The notes under the pieces: model-generated
Told to the model about the DNA's origin: nothing
The model's database searches: none
What the model saw: only the letters and a program-made list of their open reading frames with translations
Origin: Gemmatimonas sp.
Lineage (GTDB): Bacteria; Krumholzibacteriota; Krumholzibacteriia; LZORAL124-64-63
NCBI GenBank assembly: GCA_013824755.1
Contig: PNOJ01000002.1
Coordinates: forward strand, 1-63,723
Length of the DNA stretch: 63,723 nt
Direction: 5' to 3'
Program-made: the position numbers and the translations under genes
Shown here: positions 62,918 to 63,723 of the stretch, piece after piece
Position numbering within the stretch: position 1 is the first letter of the stretch
How the letters are laid out: each line of letters starts with the position of its first letter

Positions 62918-63723
62918 ATGAAACTCGAAGATCTCCGGCCCGATGCGACTATCCGCGGGCTCCTTCCGGATGCAGCGGTAACCGTCGTTAGTGTCCAGTG
63001 GCACGGATCGAGCGCTCTGACTCTCGTTTATCGTAGGCCCGATGGCCATCTAGCTGACGAGATCCTCTACCGCCATGATGAGCCGCGCTTGGAAATCATC
63101 GAGGTGGGGAGGCCCTGGAGTTTCGACGGCGACGGAGCGCTGTTCCGCCTGGTCGCTGAGGCGCACCGTATCCGACTCGCGCATCTGTTCGATCCCGTCT
63201 TGGCTGTCCACACCTCCCTAGTCGATCCCCTGCCGCACCAGATCACCGCTGTTTACGAGGCCATGCTGCCGCGCCAACCACTGCGGTTTCTGTTGGCCGA
63301 CGATCCTGGCGCCGGCAAGACGATCATGGCCGGGCTCCTCATCAAGGAACTGATCGCCCGTGGCGACCTGAAGCGCTGCCTCATCGTCTGCCCCGGCAGC
63401 CTCGTCGAACAGTGGCAGGATGAACTCAGCCGGCGTTTCCACCTGCCCTTCGAGATCATGACCAACGACAAGATGGAGGCTGCCCGCACGGGTAATTGGT
63501 TCCTGGAGAACGACCTGGCCATCGCGCGCCTGGACAAGCTGTCGCGCAACGAGGACGTGCAGCAGAAGCTCAGCGCCCCGGACTGCCGGTACGACCTCAT
63601 CGTCTGCGACGAGGCGCACAAAATGTCCGCCACGGTCTTTGGCGGTGAGATCAAGTACACGAAGCGCTACCGGCTGGGCCAGATCCTCTCGGGCCTCACA
63701 CGACACTTCCTGTTGATGACGGC
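62918..63723 (+). CDS. SNF2/DEXH-family helicase, N-terminal 268 codons only (runs off the window); probable island or defence-cluster gene
   Basis: Open frame from ATG 62918 to the window end. It is absent from the supplied ORF track because it has no stop. Motifs: PHQITAVYEAM, motif I DDPGAGKT (63299-63322), CPGSLVEQWQDEL, motif II DEAH (63608-63619). Many more A/T-ending codons than the rest of the window. Confidence 0.85.
   Translation, partial: MKLEDLRPDATIRGLLPDAAVTVVSVQWHGSSALTLVYRRPDGHLADEILYRHDEPRLEIIEVGRPWSFDGDGALFRLVAEAHRIRLAHLFDPVLAVHTSLVDPLPHQITAVYEAMLPRQPLRFLLADDPGAGKTIMAGLLIKELIARGDLKRCLIVCPGSLVEQWQDELSRRFHLPFEIMTNDKMEAARTGNWFLENDLAIARLDKLSRNEDVQQKLSAPDCRYDLIVCDEAHKMSATVFGGEIKYTKRYRLGQILSGLTRHFLLMT

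Overview
Very GC-rich bacterial chromosome segment (roughly 70% G+C by eye, not computed). The gene content indicates a diderm. The fused lpxC-fabZ and the bshCBA cluster suggest an FCB-superphylum or Gemmatimonadota-like lineage, but that is a low-confidence inference. I count 54 consecutive genes on the + strand (855-59298), many joined by ATGA/GTGA start-stop overlaps; only a HIT gene, fbp and tRNA-Leu are on the - strand. Content is mostly core: proteostasis (hsp20, lon, clpC), an LPS inner-core block (four tandem GT9 genes, one fused to gmhB, then DUF3108, a GT39-like protein, a sugar-phosphate transferase and acpS), accBC, ftsK, rimO, bamD, nadD, polA, coaE, prfB (with its programmed +1 frameshift), lysS, lolCD, bamA-skp-lpxD-lpxC/fabZ-lpxA-lpxB-DUF374-lpxK, nadB, bshC-bshB-bshA, tolQRAB-pal-cpoB, fbp and pruA. 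Two regions are not explained by known families. (1) A tightly coupled operon at 13281-18322 encodes a long acyl-CoA dehydrogenase, a 97-aa protein and four membrane proteins I cannot place. This is the best in-window candidate for an undescribed system. (2) A sharp compositional break lies directly 3' of tRNA-Ala(GGC) and is followed by the 5' part of an SNF2-type helicase that runs off the window. This is probably the edge of a mobile or defence island whose cargo lies outside the window. The sequence also carries at least six apparent small indels that disrupt conserved genes (polA twice, lolD, one GT9 gene twice, one membrane gene). These look more like assembly errors than pseudogenisation. 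All family assignments come from motif recognition by eye; no searches were run.
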